A DNA stretch of 6,700 bases. Origin: a virus. Its lineage: Duplodnaviria > Heunggongvirae > Uroviricota > Caudoviricetes. The notes beneath the pieces were generated by a model. It saw only the letters and a program-made list of their open reading frames with translations, was not told the origin of the DNA and did not search any database. The position numbers were made by a program, and so were the translations under genes. How positions within the stretch are numbered: position 1 is the first letter of the stretch; every line of letters starts with the position of its first letter. Where the stretch lies: IMG/VR virus record IMGVR_UViG_2534682222_000016; one strand, given 5' to 3'. This document shows positions 5,994 to 6,700 of this stretch, one piece after another.

Positions 5994-6401
5994 TTATTGA
6001 TGCTTGTTGCGTTTGCGAGCCTCTAATAGCTCGGTGAACAGGCGATTAAAATTCTCAACGCGGGCGCGGAGTTCGCTGAGTTGTGCTTGTTGCTCTGATT
6101 TAGGAAGTGCGCGATACAAACGCAGCATCTCTAACTCATCTTCCGATAAGTCTAAGGCACTATCGAGTGAAACAGGGGGAGCTGGTGTTTTGTCCTCGTC
6201 GCCAAACAGTATCCAGGTTGGTGAACATTGCAATACCTCGGCGAGGCGATGCAAATTTTGCCCACGCGGGGCTGTATGGTCACTTTCCCATAATGAAATT
6301 GATGAGCCAGATACGCCAGCAGCTTTGCTTAAACCGTTTTGACTTAAGCCTACCTGCTTACGTCTTTCTCTAATGCGTTGACCTAAAGTTTTCTCGTTCA
6401 T
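5994..6401 (-). CDS. dicA: DicA-like XRE-family HTH repressor (prophage immunity repressor), 135 aa
   Basis: Start at the internal Met gives an N-terminal HTH (MNEKTLGQRIRERRKQVGLSQNGLSKAAGVSGSSISLWE...) followed by LQCSPTWILFGDEDK, which I recognise as DicA/RacR-family. It is divergent from a Cro-like gene. An alternative upstream ATG at 6452 has no RBS and would overlap the rightward promoter. Confidence 0.85.
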   Translation of the reverse strand: MNEKTLGQRIRERRKQVGLSQNGLSKAAGVSGSSISLWESDHTAPRGQNLHRLAEVLQCSPTWILFGDEDKTPAPPVSLDSALDLSEDELEMLRLYRALPKSEQQAQLSELRARVENFNRLFTELLEARKRNKHQ

Positions 6402-6478
6402 ATTTAGATATCTTAATAACCCTTGACTTGAGATTCCTTGAGTGATTAGCATTGAGAAAACTCAATATTGGAGGTGCG
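6402..6478. promoter_or_regulatory. Divergent promoter/operator region of the dicA-dicC immunity switch
   Basis: Rightward candidate promoter: -35 TTGACT (6423..6428), 18-nt spacer, -10 TAGCAT (6447..6452). The inverted repeat TTGAG-AAAA-CTCAA (6452..6465) followed by TATTGG overlaps the -10 and start region. TTGAG half-sites also occur at 6428 and 6438. GGAGG (6470..6474) is the RBS for the plus-strand gene. Confidence 0.6.
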
Positions 6479-6700
6479 ATGTTTAAATCAGACGTAATTA
6501 ATTTTTACGGTACGAAAGCCAAAGTAGCGAAAGCTGCTGGCGTTGACCCATCTGCTGTTTCTCAATGGCAAGAGCTGGTTCCTGAAGGTCGCGCGATGCG
6601 TCTAGCCAGGCAGGCTATAAAGATATGGGACCATTTGTGGCTGCAATACACGAGTGGGCGGACCTTGAATCATACTTTGAGGTGTATCGTGATAATCTGA
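6479..6700 (+). CDS. dicC: DicC/Cro-like small HTH regulator, 73 aa
   Basis: ATG at 6479 is preceded by GGAGG at 4-nt spacing. The N-terminus FYGTKAKVAKAAGVDPSAVSQWQ is a Cro/YdaS-type HTH. In-frame TGA at 6698..6700 ends the gene exactly at the window edge. Divergent from dicA across an operator region. Confidence 0.7.
   Translation: MFKSDVINFYGTKAKVAKAAGVDPSAVSQWQELVPEGRAMRLARQAIKIWDHLWLQYTSGRTLNHTLRCIVII

Larger units (their letters stand above)
1..6700. mobile_element. Segment of a lambdoid (Qin/Kim-like) prophage: int-xis arm, exonuclease, dicB operon with DicF sRNA, DicA/DicC immunity switch
   Basis: Gene content and order (int, xis, exo, small toxic genes, sRNA, XRE repressor divergent from a Cro-like gene) is the canonical lambdoid left-arm/immunity layout. 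Several products are recognisable as Qin prophage proteins (DicA, DicB, DicF) from memory, not from a search. Confidence 0.8.

Noticed and set aside
6004-6373. Plus-strand ORFs 6004..6342 and 6107..6373 antisense to dicA
   Set aside because: Embedded antisense to a recognisable HTH repressor gene, Ser/Arg-rich, no RBS.
1-6700. CRISPR arrays, tRNA/rRNA genes, IS elements
   Set aside because: No regularly spaced direct repeats, no cloverleaf-like or rRNA-like segments, and no terminal inverted repeats flanking a transposase were seen anywhere in the window.

Overview
The window reads as one contiguous piece of a lambdoid prophage closely resembling the Qin (Kim) dicA-dicB region of E. coli K-12; I do not see a novel multi-gene system in it. 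All identifications rest on reading the sequence and on recall of known proteins and RNAs, since no database search could be run. From left to right, on the minus strand: a tyrosine integrase (20..1315), an excisionase-like gene (1335..1586), an 823-aa exonuclease-like protein (1659..4130), a YdfD-like membrane/lysis protein (4224..4415), DicB (4412..4600), the DicF sRNA (about 4772..4827), a 121-aa hypothetical (5272..5637), a YdfA-like 50-aa protein (5649..5801) and a DicA-like repressor (5994..6401). A DicC/Cro-like gene (6479..6700) is divergent on the plus strand. The items most worth a second look are: (1) a candidate 66-aa plus-strand ORF (5103..5303) with a strong ribosome-binding site, antisense to the dicB-operon transcript; (2) a roughly 20-nt operator-like motif present at both the dicA/dicC switch and the leftward operon promoter; (3) a hairpin-dense, ORF-free 440-nt leader upstream of DicF; (4) the exonuclease, whose C-terminus is a DEDDh 3'-5' exonuclease fold rather than a RecE-type nuclease, with an internal zinc ribbon, a long acidic linker and no RecT-like partner. 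No CRISPR array, tRNA, rRNA or IS element was seen.
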